Source: Neoechinorhynchus agilis
Lineage: Eukaryota; Animalia; Acanthocephala
Direction: 5' to 3'
Assembly (NCBI GenBank): GCA_051530055.1
Contig: CM121341.1
Span: 7,356,784-7,420,783 of the forward strand
DNA: 64,000 nt
Numbering within the stretch: position 1 is the stretch's first letter; every line of letters starts with the position of its first letter. Positions 12,887 through 26,039 of this stretch are shown in pieces. The notes beneath the pieces are model-generated. The model ran no database searches, was not told the DNA's origin, and saw only the letters and a list, made by a program, of their open reading frames with translations. Position numbers and translations under genes: made by a program.

Positions 12887-14743
12887 ATGGTCGATCACTT
12901 TCTGACGAGCTTATTGTGGATATCCTTGTTGCTGTTTTCTGATGGTCATCGTCATTTATATAATTCAGAAAAGCAAAATCAGCAAAGCCCCTTTATTGGA
13001 CCAAACGGAATATCTCGTTACCGTCTCCTCTCCGGTGATAGATATCCTGTGAATGAGAACATTAAAGCAACTGAACCTGTCGTGCAGATCCCGGAGATGT
13101 CGGAACAAGAACTTCTAGATAGTATCACATATCAAAAATCACCTATGGAAACCGTTGTTTTGGATCCGATTGATTCCCGTGGACACTATGGACGCAGGTC
13201 GATCGTAGATTACGCTAATGATGACAATCGATTCGCGAATGAACCGATTTCCATGAAAAGCCTAGAAGTTCGTCAATTTGCTACAAGAATGCCTGAGGTC
13301 AATTCGATCCATAGAGGATTCGATCAATTAGAAGAACAACGTGATAGAGTGTATAAAGATAACATCCATCTATTTGGTTCAGGCAATGGTGAACAGTACA
13401 TAAAAGGAGATCACCGTATCGAAGACTATGATGACAGAATGAATGTTCTCAGCGATGAGTTTGAGCGACATCCCATTTCGGAACGGTCTTTCAACGATGG
13501 ATTGCTAGAACACGAACGGTTAGTGGATAGAAATGCCCACCAATATCCGATGAAAAGTTTAAATGAACGTCAAACTGTACTTTTTAAGAAGGCTAATGAT
13601 AAATACATGGATCCGCTCCGATATCAAGTTGAACGAAAAGACGAACATATTAGTAGGATGATTGAGAATGACAGAATCGGAGTCCCGATAGGTTTTTTTG
13701 AATCGTCTCCTGATGGGCTAAATTTCAACCTCGGTGGACTTAAAAAGCGTTCTAACTCGACAGGATTGATACAAACGTTGGACATGAAAGCCGAAAATCG
13801 ATTGCCAACAGAAACTATCACTAAATATTGCATCGATTATACTCCATCTATATATACAGCACCTCCTGTCTATATGGACGAATCGTCGAGATATCATTTC
13901 ATAACCTGTCGCGGTAACAATAGACCAGTTCGAGTGAAGTGTCCAGCACACCGAATATTTAGCGAATTGCGGGGTATCTGCGTTCCGGATCGTCAACAAT
14001 GCAATTGTATGAATGAAGGACAATGTGTATTGTCGCCCATGGGTACAATGGAGTGTATTTGCAAACCCGGATATGGAGGATTGAGATGCGAATCGTTGAT
14101 TGATCCATGTTCTACTTCAATATGTAGTCCTGGGATGTGTTTGAATACGACCAATGAGCAAAAGTATATTTGTCAGTGTAAGAACTTTATATTCGCTGAT
14201 AGCTGCAACGAGGATATTCCAAATCTTTGTCAAGAAATTCTGCCAAGAAGGTTATATGCCATCGAATCGAGGCCAAAAGCTTTTGTATATTGTACCGATA
14301 CCGGACTAGCATTTCTAAAGGAATGTCCACTAAAATCATTCTTTGATGAGAATAGAGAAGTATGCGTAGAAGATAGTTCTTCGGAAACTCAAAGTTCGGA
14401 ATTTGTTAGCAATCAGTATAAATTGCCAATTGATGCCACTAAGTCGTCTCCTGAAGTGCTGCCACGAAGAACGCAAGTACCAACTGAAATTGAATCCAAT
14501 TTGTATGGCAACGATAGTCCTTTGCCTCGAGAGCCAGAAGCGACAGACACATTTACATTTCCGCAATCGGAACAAGCCGATTTGCAAAAAGAAAATGTAG
14601 TTCGCTCTCCATGGTTTAACGCTGGACCTTCGCAGAATTACTATATACCGCCTTCATCTAGAGCACCAATGTACCGTCCGCCAGTGTCAACTGGTCGATA
14701 TCCTCCGACGTATTTTCCGTCTCTTCGAAGGATGGATGTGTGA
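12887..14743 (+). CDS. Secreted EGF + chitin-binding-type-2-like protein, 618 aa, single exon
   Basis: Signal peptide, long acidic pro-region with GRR and KKR sites, CBM14-like/EGF/EGF/CBM14-like modules, Pro-rich tail. Confidence 0.88.
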   Translation: MVDHFLTSLLWISLLLFSDGHRHLYNSEKQNQQSPFIGPNGISRYRLLSGDRYPVNENIKATEPVVQIPEMSEQELLDSITYQKSPMETVVLDPIDSRGHYGRRSIVDYANDDNRFANEPISMKSLEVRQFATRMPEVNSIHRGFDQLEEQRDRVYKDNIHLFGSGNGEQYIKGDHRIEDYDDRMNVLSDEFERHPISERSFNDGLLEHERLVDRNAHQYPMKSLNERQTVLFKKANDKYMDPLRYQVERKDEHISRMIENDRIGVPIGFFESSPDGLNFNLGGLKKRSNSTGLIQTLDMKAENRLPTETITKYCIDYTPSIYTAPPVYMDESSRYHFITCRGNNRPVRVKCPAHRIFSELRGICVPDRQQCNCMNEGQCVLSPMGTMECICKPGYGGLRCESLIDPCSTSICSPGMCLNTTNEQKYICQCKNFIFADSCNEDIPNLCQEILPRRLYAIESRPKAFVYCTDTGLAFLKECPLKSFFDENREVCVEDSSSETQSSEFVSNQYKLPIDATKSSPEVLPRRTQVPTEIESNLYGNDSPLPREPEATDTFTFPQSEQADLQKENVVRSPWFNAGPSQNYYIPPSSRAPMYRPPVSTGRYPPTYFPSLRRMDV

Positions 14744-15082
14744 TACTTGTGATTGTTTTTTGTGGGTAGTTATAAAGATTGTTTCAGTTGTGTGCACTTC
14801 TAAGGGAGTCTAGTGCCACATTTCCAAATTAGACAGCGAAATTGCTCTCAGTGGAAGCTGCTTTTCGGCGAAACGCACATACATCCCGTGGAATTGACGT
14901 TCTCGCGAAATGACAGGGAGCGAACGGAATTAAATTGCATGTGTAGGAAGGAGGCGGAGAATAACGGTTCATGGGTTGATTTAAGAGACTCTTTTTTTTG
15001 GTTGTCTGGCAAATAAGCACGGGAACGGAGTAGTGCGTTCTTCGGCTGTTCGATAGTGTACGACAGTCTAAGCAGTAGAAAA

Positions 15083-17971
15083 ATGTACTTTAGCGGTTTC
15101 ATAGCAATTGCTTTAATCGTGAATGGTCATTCCTTACTGGAAGGTAAACTTCTAACTTAGAGCCATGAAACTTAACCTTCTCCATGAATATTAGATCTAA
15201 CGAATGCATCATCGTCCGGGTACTCAATTGAATCCTTTCCTGAAAGCATTGCCATCCCAACGATCATACTCTCAACGAAAACTACTCTAGCATCCGAAAT
15301 AACTACGGACACAGCCACTACTTCAGCCGATGATACCACCATCACCACAGAATCAACTAACACTGAACAATCAGAAACATCAACACAGTGTACAAGTACA
15401 TTTGATGAACAGTCCGATTCAACGGTGAACATCGAAAACACCACACAACTCACGACCACGAATGCTGAGATTGCACCGGAAAATTGCACCATTCCATGTA
15501 CGAGTGCTTATTGTTAAACCATCTCGAGCTTACTTAATTGCATTAGATCTGTCGCGGTTTCCTACAGATTTATTTACTAACAGGCAGAGGCAATTAGGAG
15601 CTCTGATCTTCCATATAATCCTTGCTACTTACGCCCTATTAGCCGTGTCCTTTTTGGTTGAAGAATATTTCTCGCCTTCACTTGAACGACTCAGTGAAGT
15701 GGTAAAGTTAGATGAGGACATTACCGGTGCCACTTTTATGGCCGCTGGATCTTCTGCACCCGAAGTTTTTATTGCCATCATTGGTGAGACACACTCGGTT
15801 CTTTAATGAAGCTTAATCAACATTCTCGTGGACTAAAGGATCAATGTACGCTAATAGTGATGTTGGAATTGGTGCCGTTGTCGGATCTGCTGTGTTCAAC
15901 ATTTTGTTTGTTATTGGTATATGCGCTGTATTGACCCCGTCGGTAAGGAATCACGATTTTATGCAGCCAGAGAATAGAATTGTGTAGAAAAAGCAGGCGT
16001 TTAGTAATAATACGGATAAAAGTAAACAAATCACACAATTAGCAAGCTCTTTCGATCAAATCGTAAAAGAAAAAAGGTTCAAAATGTTCGATGTTAATTT
16101 CTCTTATAATTAGTTTTGGTGGTCTGTCTTTTGTTATGGGTATGAATTTCACTTTTTTTGTAGTTTTGCCACACCGAATTTGAATTCACTATTGTATTTC
16201 CCCGATATTTCGCCGGATAATTCCGATATTATCAAGGTTTTGGTTTGTTAAAGTATTGAGAAGTAATAAAGTTATGTAAGCTGCTGACAAACCTTGATAA
16301 TGTTGGAATTATAGGACCTACAAAAAGAAGGTATATTTTCCTCGAACATAATAATCCAAGACAGAAATTTCATCCCTTTTTTATGGTCATGCGGAGTAGA
16401 TTAAGCGTTTGGGTGACTATTTTATAGTTCCTGGTCGCCCATTTAAAATGTTGAATGGATAACTAAGCGGCTTTTTTGATTTGAATAGCACTTAGCAGAT
16501 ATTTTTGTTTCTCTCAAAAATGAAGAAACTTACACTCTTAACAACAAAAAGACTATAGTAGAAATTCTTGCAATGTTTTTGACTTCTTTTTAATTACAGG
16601 TCGTTAAATTGTCTTGGTGGCCATTCCTACGTGATTCTTGCTATTATTGCATATCGGCAATCGTTCTAGTCTTGGTTAGTTAAACAAAAATCTGTGTACT
16701 TATTTCCCGTGGATAACGAAAAAGTGCATAATGGACGGAAAGATATATTGGTACGAATCAATGATTCTGCTCGTGTTATACATCATATACATTGTTATCT
16801 TATGGTTGGTTGCGAGAATGATTTCACAGCAGCATAGCTGAACGCTTTCAATTATAGCTTTAATCGTAAAATTCAAACATTGGTTGCAAACCTGATCGGT
16901 AGGAATGCTCTGGAAGCGGATTTCCTACTTATTGCCGATGATGGTAACCAGCCAGATGGATACAGTATGATTCCCTTTGGCTGATTGCAATTATTTGTTT
17001 TGTTTAGAGAGATTCGATAATCGAGTCGACTACGACAGCATCTCTCAATCAGGAGCAGTCATGGAATTAAATGATGTAGACGACGAGACGTGAGTTTTTC
17101 TTTTAATAGAATACGAATCGGAATATTTGGTCATTTCTAAGTCCAACGTTTGCACTGCCTAAAAGAACCGATTGGGTAGGAACAATTATGGATAATTTTA
17201 AGAAGTACTCGATGCTCCCACTGAAATGTTGTTTTCTCTTCACAATCCCTGATTGTCGACAGTACAGGTAAGCAATGCTTGTCGATAAGAACTAATCTTT
17301 TTACAATTCCTTAGATTTCGAATGCTGTTTCCAGTAACATTTATTTTATCCGTGGCCTGGCTTGGAGTGTGGTGTTATCTTCTTGTTTGGATGGTAGGTA
17401 GAGAAATTAAAGACTTTGATTAAAATGCAATTTTTCAGGTCGCCACAATTGGCTATACGTTGGGCATTCCAGATAGTGTAATGGGTATCACATTTTTGGC
17501 TGCTGGAACGAGCATTCCCGATACTTTAGCTAGTATTCACGCGGTCAAGACAGGCAAATAATCAATGAATTTTCCTAATTTTTGCAATCCTTGTCACTGA
17601 ATAGGTCATGTGAATATGGGCGTTTCCAATACGATCGGAAGTAATCTTTTCGATCTCCTGATTGCGCTTGCTTTGCCTTGGCTAATCCGAAATCTGTCAA
17701 CAAAGCAATTCGTGAGTGCTCTTTATCTATCTCCTGAGCTATCAATAATCGCGAGCAGGTAGTAGTGAACAGCCGGGGTCTATCTATAGACACGGTTTTG
17801 CTTGTTGGAACAGTCATCGCTGCCGTAATCTCCATAAAATCGAAGGGATTTTATCTAGACCGAAAGCTGGGAACTTTGTTACTTGGCTTCTATATGGTCT
17901 ATCTCATTATCTCATTAATGATTGAACTCAACGTTTTCGGATTTGTCAATCCAACCATGTGTGCTATGTGA
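15083..17971 (+). CDS. SLC24: K+-dependent Na+/Ca2+ exchanger (SLC24/NCKX family), multi-exon
   Basis: Signal MYFSGFIAIALIVNG, Thr/Ser-rich ectodomain, alpha-1 GATFMAAGSSAPE, GIGAVVGSAVFNIL, alpha-2 GITFLAAGTSIPD, SNTIGSNLFDL; introns traced by eye are GT-AG except one GC-AG (17554-17604); specific paralogue not assignable. Confidence 0.92.
16217..16312. mobile_element. Fold-back/MITE-like element in NCKX intron
   Basis: ATAATTCCGATATTATCAAGGTTT vs AAACCTTGATAATGTTGGAATTAT, 22/24 inverted match; related sequence at ~31320-31500 and ~50310-50490. Confidence 0.6.
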
Positions 17972-19072
17972 TCGAACAAGGACGAAGTAGTATATTTAAT
18001 TAAATCACGGATAATGTTTGAATCTCTTAATTTTGAGTCTTATATGGAGTAATAGCCTTTAATTTGGTGACAAGGTCCGTATTTGCGCGAGGTCTCAAAT
18101 TATCTATGCTGGTGTTCAAAAATGTCTTTTCCCATGATAAAAGGGATGATGGTTGTTTAGGAATCAAAGGTATCGACAGCGTTGGCTTTACTATGTTTTG
18201 TGATTTTCTGCAAGTAGTTCCTTTACCGCTTTTAAAAGCGTCGATTAAGTTCAAATTTGTCGCAACAACCGAATCAGTTGAAGCAATAGATTCGATAGAT
18301 TCTACCATCGAGGATGAACACTCGCATCCCATTTGACGGGGCGATCATTTGTCGATTGTGATGTAAATACGCGTTCCCTAGCTACTGATCGCAAATCAAT
18401 GCTCAAGGCGAAGGAAACCAATTGGATCAATCGCATAGAGAAAACATCAGCATCACGTAGCGTTTCTCGTGAAGCAATTTTGATTGATAATGAACATATT
18501 TTACAAAATTGAGGATATGCGACTTCTAGTAGTTCTAAATACTCGAGAAACAAAAATTGCTACTGCTCTAAAGTATATAAGAGTTTAGTTCCAAGATAAT
18601 AAAAAACGAAAGTTTTGATATGGACAACTGTAGTCGAAAGTTTTACACCGTATCGGTTTGAACTTGAGTAAGACTTGTAATTTTCATTTATTATCAATTT
18701 TTTAAAGCCGTAAAACCATCACCGTCAACAACGTATTATCTTGGTGATCTTGTTTTTCTACATTGAAATTAAGTTTTAATGTTATTGATAAAAACAGCGA
18801 GCATGAAAATTTTGCAAGATTGAGAATTTCTTACCCTTATTTTAGGCTTTGGATAAAGAAGCTCACTTTGTCGAACACTAGAGATGCCGGGACTTAGTTT
18901 CTATTCACTTAGTAAGTCTAACCAAGATTAGGTTTAATGTCCGTGGCAAATAAAAAGTGTATTTTGTTTTTACACTGAAGTCCTTCCATCTCATTGATCT
19001 TCAGCATTAAGATTTTTTAAATCATTTAAATAATCTTAAACGTGTACATATTTAATTTACACAAACGTCTTT

Positions 19073-20389
19073 CTAGAGCGTTTGTTTCACTTGCGGCATG
19101 CGATTTATGACTGTTCGCCTACGAAGTCTCCTCCGGAACTTTTGTCGAGCCTCTTGATTCAAAAAGCAGTAAAGAAGTGCAACCAAAAGACCTTGAATTG
19201 AGACGAGAACGTGGCGTACAAATGTGATTAGAAGGAATTTAAAGTGACCCAATTTATCGTAGCTAAGTTCGAGTTCTTCAATTAGATTGATAAATCCAAG
19301 AAGGGGTAGAAGGAAAAGCGCAATCTTGACCGCCTGGAGAGCAAACATAAAATTGAATGAACTTCGACGTCTTGTCGGCGTTCCGGGAACTGGCTGAGCT
19401 AGCAACGAAGGTGATAACTCTGCATCGTACTCGGATGCCTCTTGGTTTCGTCTCCTGATTTGAAACAATGATATTCTAACCGCGATTACAAGAACAATGA
19501 AATTGATTGTCATTGATAAGATGCGAGCCGTCCTGATGATCCAAAATGCATTGTGATGATGATAAGATGGCCAACACGTTTGAACGTTAACTTTGGTCAT
19601 TACTGCGGTCCATGGAATAACGAATACAAATGGAAATAACCATCCACCCACAATGAAGTGCCTCAGAGTTAGAAACTGTCTAAGAGTCGTTAAAACAACG
19701 CACAAGTAAACTCCTTCACACAACATCCACATAAGACATCGAAAATCTTAAAGGGCCAGAAAGATTTTGGATTTAGAGATAAACGTAGACGTAACGCAAT
19801 ATTGTAGAAATATTACATTAAACTCACAAATTCCTCTAAGTCCTCGTGGTAGACGCATTCCCTCATCGCTGTTTTGGAAGCACAGTTGAATAGTGTAATT
19901 GATAATTCGAGCTATCATTTGAAGCAGTAAAGCGGAAAAGAAATTGAAATGTATTTTTGTCTTCAAAGTGCGGTTCTTGTCAATATAGCGAAATACAAAC
20001 AATGCCAAAACAATCGATAGGGATGAAGTGCACAAGCAGATCATTTCACATATTCTAGTATATTTGATAACAACAAAAATAACCTTGCGCTTTTGAACAC
20101 TGACATTCCTATAGACGGAGTCGTATTCACTTTTTATAGCATCCGATAGGCAATCAATGTAAGTCGACTTTCCCCACCTTCCATCGGGTAAGCATTTACG
20201 AGTAACGTTGCGATTAGAATCAACTCCGTACCATCCATGAGGACATTTCTGTTCAAAAGTGTATCCGAGACGCATCTGGGGCCAGTTCAAATATCCATCA
20301 TTTTCAAATGGACAGTGCGTCAACAGTGATTGATTTTGCGAACATATAGAAACCACTAGCGCCCAAATTGTGAACAAAAAAGCAAACAT
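19073..20389 (-). CDS. Class B1 (secretin-family; calcitonin/PDF/CRF-receptor-like) GPCR, ~422 aa if 19733-19780 is removed
   Basis: Signal peptide, hormone-receptor ectodomain (C..DG..W...CP...RKC..DG.W...Y..C), TM2 IHFNFFSA, TM3 QYCVTSTF+MWMLCEG, GWLFP, TM7 SIQGLLVALLYCFLNQE. Confidence 0.9.
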
Positions 20390-21402
20390 TGGCTTGATTG
20401 CCCGCTCGTCTGAAGGAACAGCGATGTTTTAGTCTAAAACTTTAACACCCTCTATAAGTGACAGGAGCGAGATGAATCAAAAGGCAGGAATATTCCTTAA
20501 ACTAGCAACAGACTTATGAAATGATATCGGAGATGCTATTTCGACAACTCGGCGCCTAATGAGATTTTGGCCTCAGTAAATCCAATTTTCAAAATTAAAT
20601 ATACTAGAATCGTGTGAAATGTGCAGATAGGTAGAAACTGGGTTTCAGTGTTCCTCTGGTGTATAAAAAGATACGCGGATTTATATTAGTAATTGATACT
20701 TCAGCATTGGAAATTGAGAGCTTGTTGTTCATCAAAAGCTATCATACTGTCATTTTCTACATTAATGTGAGAAACGGATCCTAGGAAAAACGTTCTGGTG
20801 GCCGTTTGTACTCTAGGCACTCCTCATTTCTCAAACAAATAGACTTGCTTATAAAGCGTTTGCTCAATCCAAGGGAAACAGAAGTGATACTTGACTCGAG
20901 AACCGTGCATTAGAACACTTATCATTGTGCCAATGACATGGTTTCCATGAAGATCAGAACATATGCCTACGAGAAGCCAATTTCCAAAAAATCAAATCGA
21001 CTTGGGATTTAGTGCGAGCCTCGTTTCAACAAGACGTTCGGCAATTAGTGCGCAATGCCATGAGTCGAAATAGAGATCTAACGATTAGTGGTCTGTGAGT
21101 GCATGTGAATGAGATGAAAGTATTCATAGGCATCCTAAAATCTGGATCTCTCGCTCTATAATGGTCCTGTTATCTCGTGACTCTATTATATTGACTGCTA
21201 ATGTGGCGGAAATTTTGGTGCTATATGTGATCCATACATGCAATTTCACTAAGCCGAACGAAAAGGAAAACGATACATATCCACCGCGAAAAGCGGATTG
21301 TGGAACGGATACCGCTTTCAACACAGTTTAATTGTTCAAATTTGCGCGATCGTCTCACGTACATGGAAACTGCCGAACAGGGCACTAATAATTAACCATC
21401 TT

Positions 21403-22714
21403 TTATCAAATTTATTAAATTCATTTTTGAACCAAAATGGCAAAGGCGTCGTTTAAACGAATATCACTGCCAGTAGGAATTTACGGTTCGATATCAAATT
21501 TTAAAATTTATTAAATTCTATTTTGAACCAAAATATCAAAGGCGTTGACTAAACGAATATCACTGCCACTAAGAATTAACGATCCGATATCAAATTTTAA
21601 AATTTATTAAATTCAATTTTGAACCAAAATATCAAAGGCGTTGACTAAACGAATATCGCTGCCACTAGGAATTAACGATCCGATATCAAATTTTAAAATT
21701 TATTAAATTCAATTTTGAACCAAAATGGCAAAGGCGTCGTTTAAACGAATATCACTGCCACTATGAATTAACGATTCGATATCAAATTTTAAAATTTATT
21801 AAATTCAATTTTGAACCAAAATATCAAAGGCGTCGTCTAAACGAATATCACTGCCACTAGAATTAACGATCCGATATCAAATTTTAAAATTTATTAAATT
21901 CAATTTTGAACCAAAATATCAAAGGCGTTGACTAAACGAATATCGCTGCCACTAAGAATTAACGATCCGATATCAAATTTTAAAATTTATTAAATTCAAT
22001 TTTGAACCAAAATATCAAAGGGTTTACTAAACGAATATCGCTGCCACTAGGAATTAACGATCCGATATCAAATTTTAAATTTTATTAAATTCAATTTTGA
22101 ACCAAAATGGCAAAGGCGTCGTCTAAACGAATATCACTGCCACTAAGAATTAACGATCCGATATCAAATTTTAAAATTTATTAAATTCTATTTTGAACCA
22201 AAATATCAAAGGGTTTACTAAACGAATATCGCTGCCACTAGGAATTAACGATTCGATATCAAATTTTAAAATTTATTAAATTCAATTTTGAACCAAAATG
22301 GCAAAGACGTTGACTAAACGAATATCGCTGCCACTAGGAATTAACGATTCGATATCAAATTTTAAAACTTATTAAATTCAATTTTGAACCAAGATGGCAA
22401 AGACGATGACTAAACGAATATCGCTGCCACTAGGAATTAACGATTCGATATCAAATTTTAAAACTTATTAAATTCAATTTTGAACCAAGATGGCAAAGAC
22501 GATGACTAAACGAATATCGCTGCCACTAGGAATTAACGATTCGATATCAAATTTTAAAACTTATTAAATTCAATTTTGAACCAAGATGGCAAAGACGTTG
22601 ACTAAACGAATATCGCTGCCACTAGGAATTAACGATTCGATATCAAATTTTAAAATTTATTGAATTTAATTTTGAACCAAGACGGCCAAGGCGTTGACTA
22701 AACTAATATCGCTG
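21403..22714. repeat. Minisatellite, 96-bp unit, ~13.5 copies
   Basis: GATATCAAATTTTAAAATTTATTAAATTC... recurs at 21491, 21586, 21682... Confidence 0.97.
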
Positions 22715-24359
22715 TGCGAAGGAATAATCTGCATTTAAAGTGAAAATTAATCTCATTAACGCCTTTCATAAAGAACATGATAATTTACTTTAACGAGATA
22801 AAAACGCGAACGAGCTTTAGTACTCCGGGGGAATTTCCTTATACATCGCCCCGTCCGAAACACTAATACTATCGATTTGTTCATTTTCTCTAATGATGAA
22901 TTTCATAAACGTCAAATTTACGCCATTAGATATGGCGGATAAAACGAGTGGACGAAAAGTTGAGTCTAATGAAAGTGCTTCATTTCAAAAAAGAAGTTTT
23001 GCATGTAATATTGAATACGCCTGCCTCGTTGCATCGATCCATAAAAATAATTTCACGATTATAAATAGTTTGCTGTATTGATTGCTACCCAGAAATTCTA
23101 TTCAATCCAGAAACCGAGTCATATTTGAATGAAATCTTTACATGGGGTTGCAACTTCCCCTTTCCTAATTTCGTCATCCGAAGAAGCTCATTACATCTTA
23201 GTCAAGTTAAATCAAATTTAATCCGTCGCTGACACAAATAGAATAATTTTACTGCTTCCAGTCAAGATCAACTAAGGGAATAGAAAGGTACATTCAGGCA
23301 CTTTAATTTTTTTATATATTATCCAGCTTGGTAATTTATAACAATTTCTTTCCTTCGTAATTGATTAGAAAAACAAACGAACAAGACGAAAAGCCCACTA
23401 ACCGAAACCAAATATTCAAACAATCGAATTAATTGATACTGCAAGCAATCACATCTGGTTAATTGTTGCAATAAGAACACGAGTCATTTTTACTTCGATC
23501 ATCGACCCATCTAAACCTAACCTTCGTTTTTAGATCTCGAGATAATCACTGTCTAAATTTACATTCAAAGAATCCCGAATGGAGTGCTCTACCGATTATG
23601 AATTGGTTCTTTAGCGCAGTATTATGGATAAAGGCGGCAGCGTTTAAATGGCTAAAATTTTATATCTGCGACTTTTGTAATAGAAATATCAATATATCTG
23701 CCAAGCGCGGCTTAGTGAGCTAGAACGAAAAGGAAATAGTTCCATTAACGCACCCATCTTGGCAATCAAAGGCGAAATGCTTTAGGAAACACCGGATATC
23801 AGTCTAAATGCATTCATTATTTCCAAGATTTCTTCATTCAAATGAGTTAACGATTCTCGTACTCATTTCCATGCGGATCATGAAATTGTCACACTCCAAG
23901 AAGGAAGGAAAAATAAGCGCCAAAGAAGATTAAAACGATTCCTTTTGCCGTTTTCCGGATTAAAAGTATTCCATTTAGGTTCGACAAAAAGGCCTACCAA
24001 CACAACTATGAAGATTCGTACAATAATAAAGGCAACAGCGACGGAACAATGTGCAAAATCACACGAATACACAGAAAAAAAGTGGCCCATTTGGATGTAG
24101 AGTTTGTTTTGAATGCTTTAACCATGCTCATGGGGTGTTTGGCGTTATATCAACGGACTAATGATTACATTTCCATACACCGTGCCCGCGGCTTGTGTTT
24201 TCTTTTCTTAACTCATGGCATGAGTCTTGACTAGACGAAGTTACAAGAATTCCCTGTTGATTCTATGGGTTTCCAAAACGACCTGAACCCCCCTATAGTT
24301 TAAGTAGAACTTCCCTAATTTGTGTTTTTACTCCAATGATTTGAGAATTCTAAACCAGG

Positions 24360-24610
24360 GAGCAGTAACCGCCGCTGAGGAACGCAAAAGGGACAAATAT
24401 CGGGGCCTAATTCAAAAATCATTATTTCGTTTCATTTGGCGTCGAGACGCTCAGGTCGTTTGATACCACAGCGCAGGACCTGGTCAATCAATTGTTTAAG
24501 AGACTGAGACGAATTACTGGCGATCCGAGAACAGGAGAATTATAAGTCTAACTAATCAACGGAGCGGAACGCTGCATCCGTCCTTTCGACCGTTGCACCA
24601 AGACGGCAAC
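24360..24610 (+). mobile_element. Decayed 3-prime end of a CRE-clade non-LTR retrotransposon (RLE tail)
   Basis: Frameshifted GAVTAAEERKRDKY / FVSFGVETL...LFKRLRRITGDPR / NAASVLST. Confidence 0.7.
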
Positions 24611-25828
24611 TGAGTGATCCAGAGTGGTGGTGTGAATGTTTGTAAATACTTTTTTTTGTCAAAGGATAAAAATAAGTCTAATGGAAAAAATTTAAGCAGT
24701 AAAACACAATTAGTAGTCGCCAGTGCAACGAATAGGCACAAAAGTATTTGACTTTAATAGCTACAGTTCTGTTGCAATTACAATAATATCTTTACAAGTA
24801 TGTAATTTGCTTCATAAAATACAGTTTCCAGTAAATTAATTTGGAAATGGAATTATTTTTTCACAGAATAAATTATTAATTTTTTTAAAAAAAACAAGCC
24901 TAATAAATCATTTTTTCCAAATACAAAACGAATGAGATCAATAAAAAACTTTAAGAATTAGAAAGAGTAATTGAAAGGTTCCGAGCAAAATAAACTGAAT
25001 AAACGTTTTAGTAGGCATTCGCAACTCACATAAGATGATACGTTCAAGATTTATTGATAAGTTACCTGAAATATCTCAAAAACTTCACTTATTTCTATGA
25101 TTCCTCAGAAAAAAATTCCGTACTGAGACATCGATCAATCGTGGCAAGCGCATCCGCTTTCATTTTCTCTCTTTTAGTAGTTGCAGCGTCCACAATGTAT
25201 TTTCGCGTGGTCGTGTCGAGAAGTGAAGAATCCAAGTCTTTACACATTGTTATTGGGCACGAATAACGATAAAATCCCATAACCGCCCATTTCCCACTGT
25301 ATTCTAGCCCTTTAAATTACAATAATTCCATGAATTTCATTCTTTTCCTTTAAATAATTCGCTTTGTGCAATCTTTTCTGAAGACGTTTGATGATTTCAC
25401 TTTTTAAAGATAAAAATATATCCTATAATACGTGTTAGAAATATGTGCTTAAGCAATCGAACACAAACCTCCAAATCATACTGAGGGCAGGGACGTTTCC
25501 TTGGGGACTTCGCTTGTGCAACAGTGTCTAAAGGATCGCTGGATTTCATATCGTCCTTATTTTGAATTGCTTGGTGAGCATTTAAATGGATTTAAACTTA
25601 AAGCCAAAAGTAAGCTACGCACCATCCATTAAGGAAGCGATTTAGTACTTTGCGAATGAAATGTTTGATCTGAAATAAGAATCCTTAAAATTATTTTGGT
25701 TTTAGACGAATTAATTACGATACGAACTCACTGTAATGAAAATTTTACAGGTGAATAAGTTGTTCGCGGCAAATAGAACAACAATTTATATGTAATAGAG
25801 AATTTTATTTTTGTTTGGTGAGGTCGAA

Positions 25829-25988
25829 CCCGGTCAATGAATTTTTCATCAATTTATTGTGAAATATTTCGTGAGGATTTTCCTCACCTCTTCAATCAGA
25901 TACGATAAAAATCCAACAGCAAATAACCTGCAGCAGAGATCTGAATGAAGAGGTGAGGAGAATCCGGATGAACAATCCATTGACCGGG
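25829..25988. mobile_element. Nested fold-back (MITE-like) element
   Basis: Outer CCCGGTCAATG..CATTGACCGGG (19/22 inverted match); inner GGATTTTCCTCACCTCTTCAATCAGAT vs partner (25/27). Confidence 0.65.
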
Positions 25989-26039
25989 GAACAATTCACA
26001 TTTAGGCCTAAAAACCCGGGTGCAGTGAATTAATTCTCG

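Noticed and set aside
14848-15102. 84-aa minus ORF with hydrophobic start
   Set aside because: Overlaps the NCKX start and promoter; no homology; likely chance
15172-15492. Val/Ser-rich minus ORF and similar shadow ORFs (29443, 39577, 52111)
   Set aside because: Antisense shadows of NCKX, H1-like and PABPN1 coding sequence
18240-18500. Possible Penelope GIY-YIG relic on the plus strand
   Set aside because: Motif similarity too vague to support
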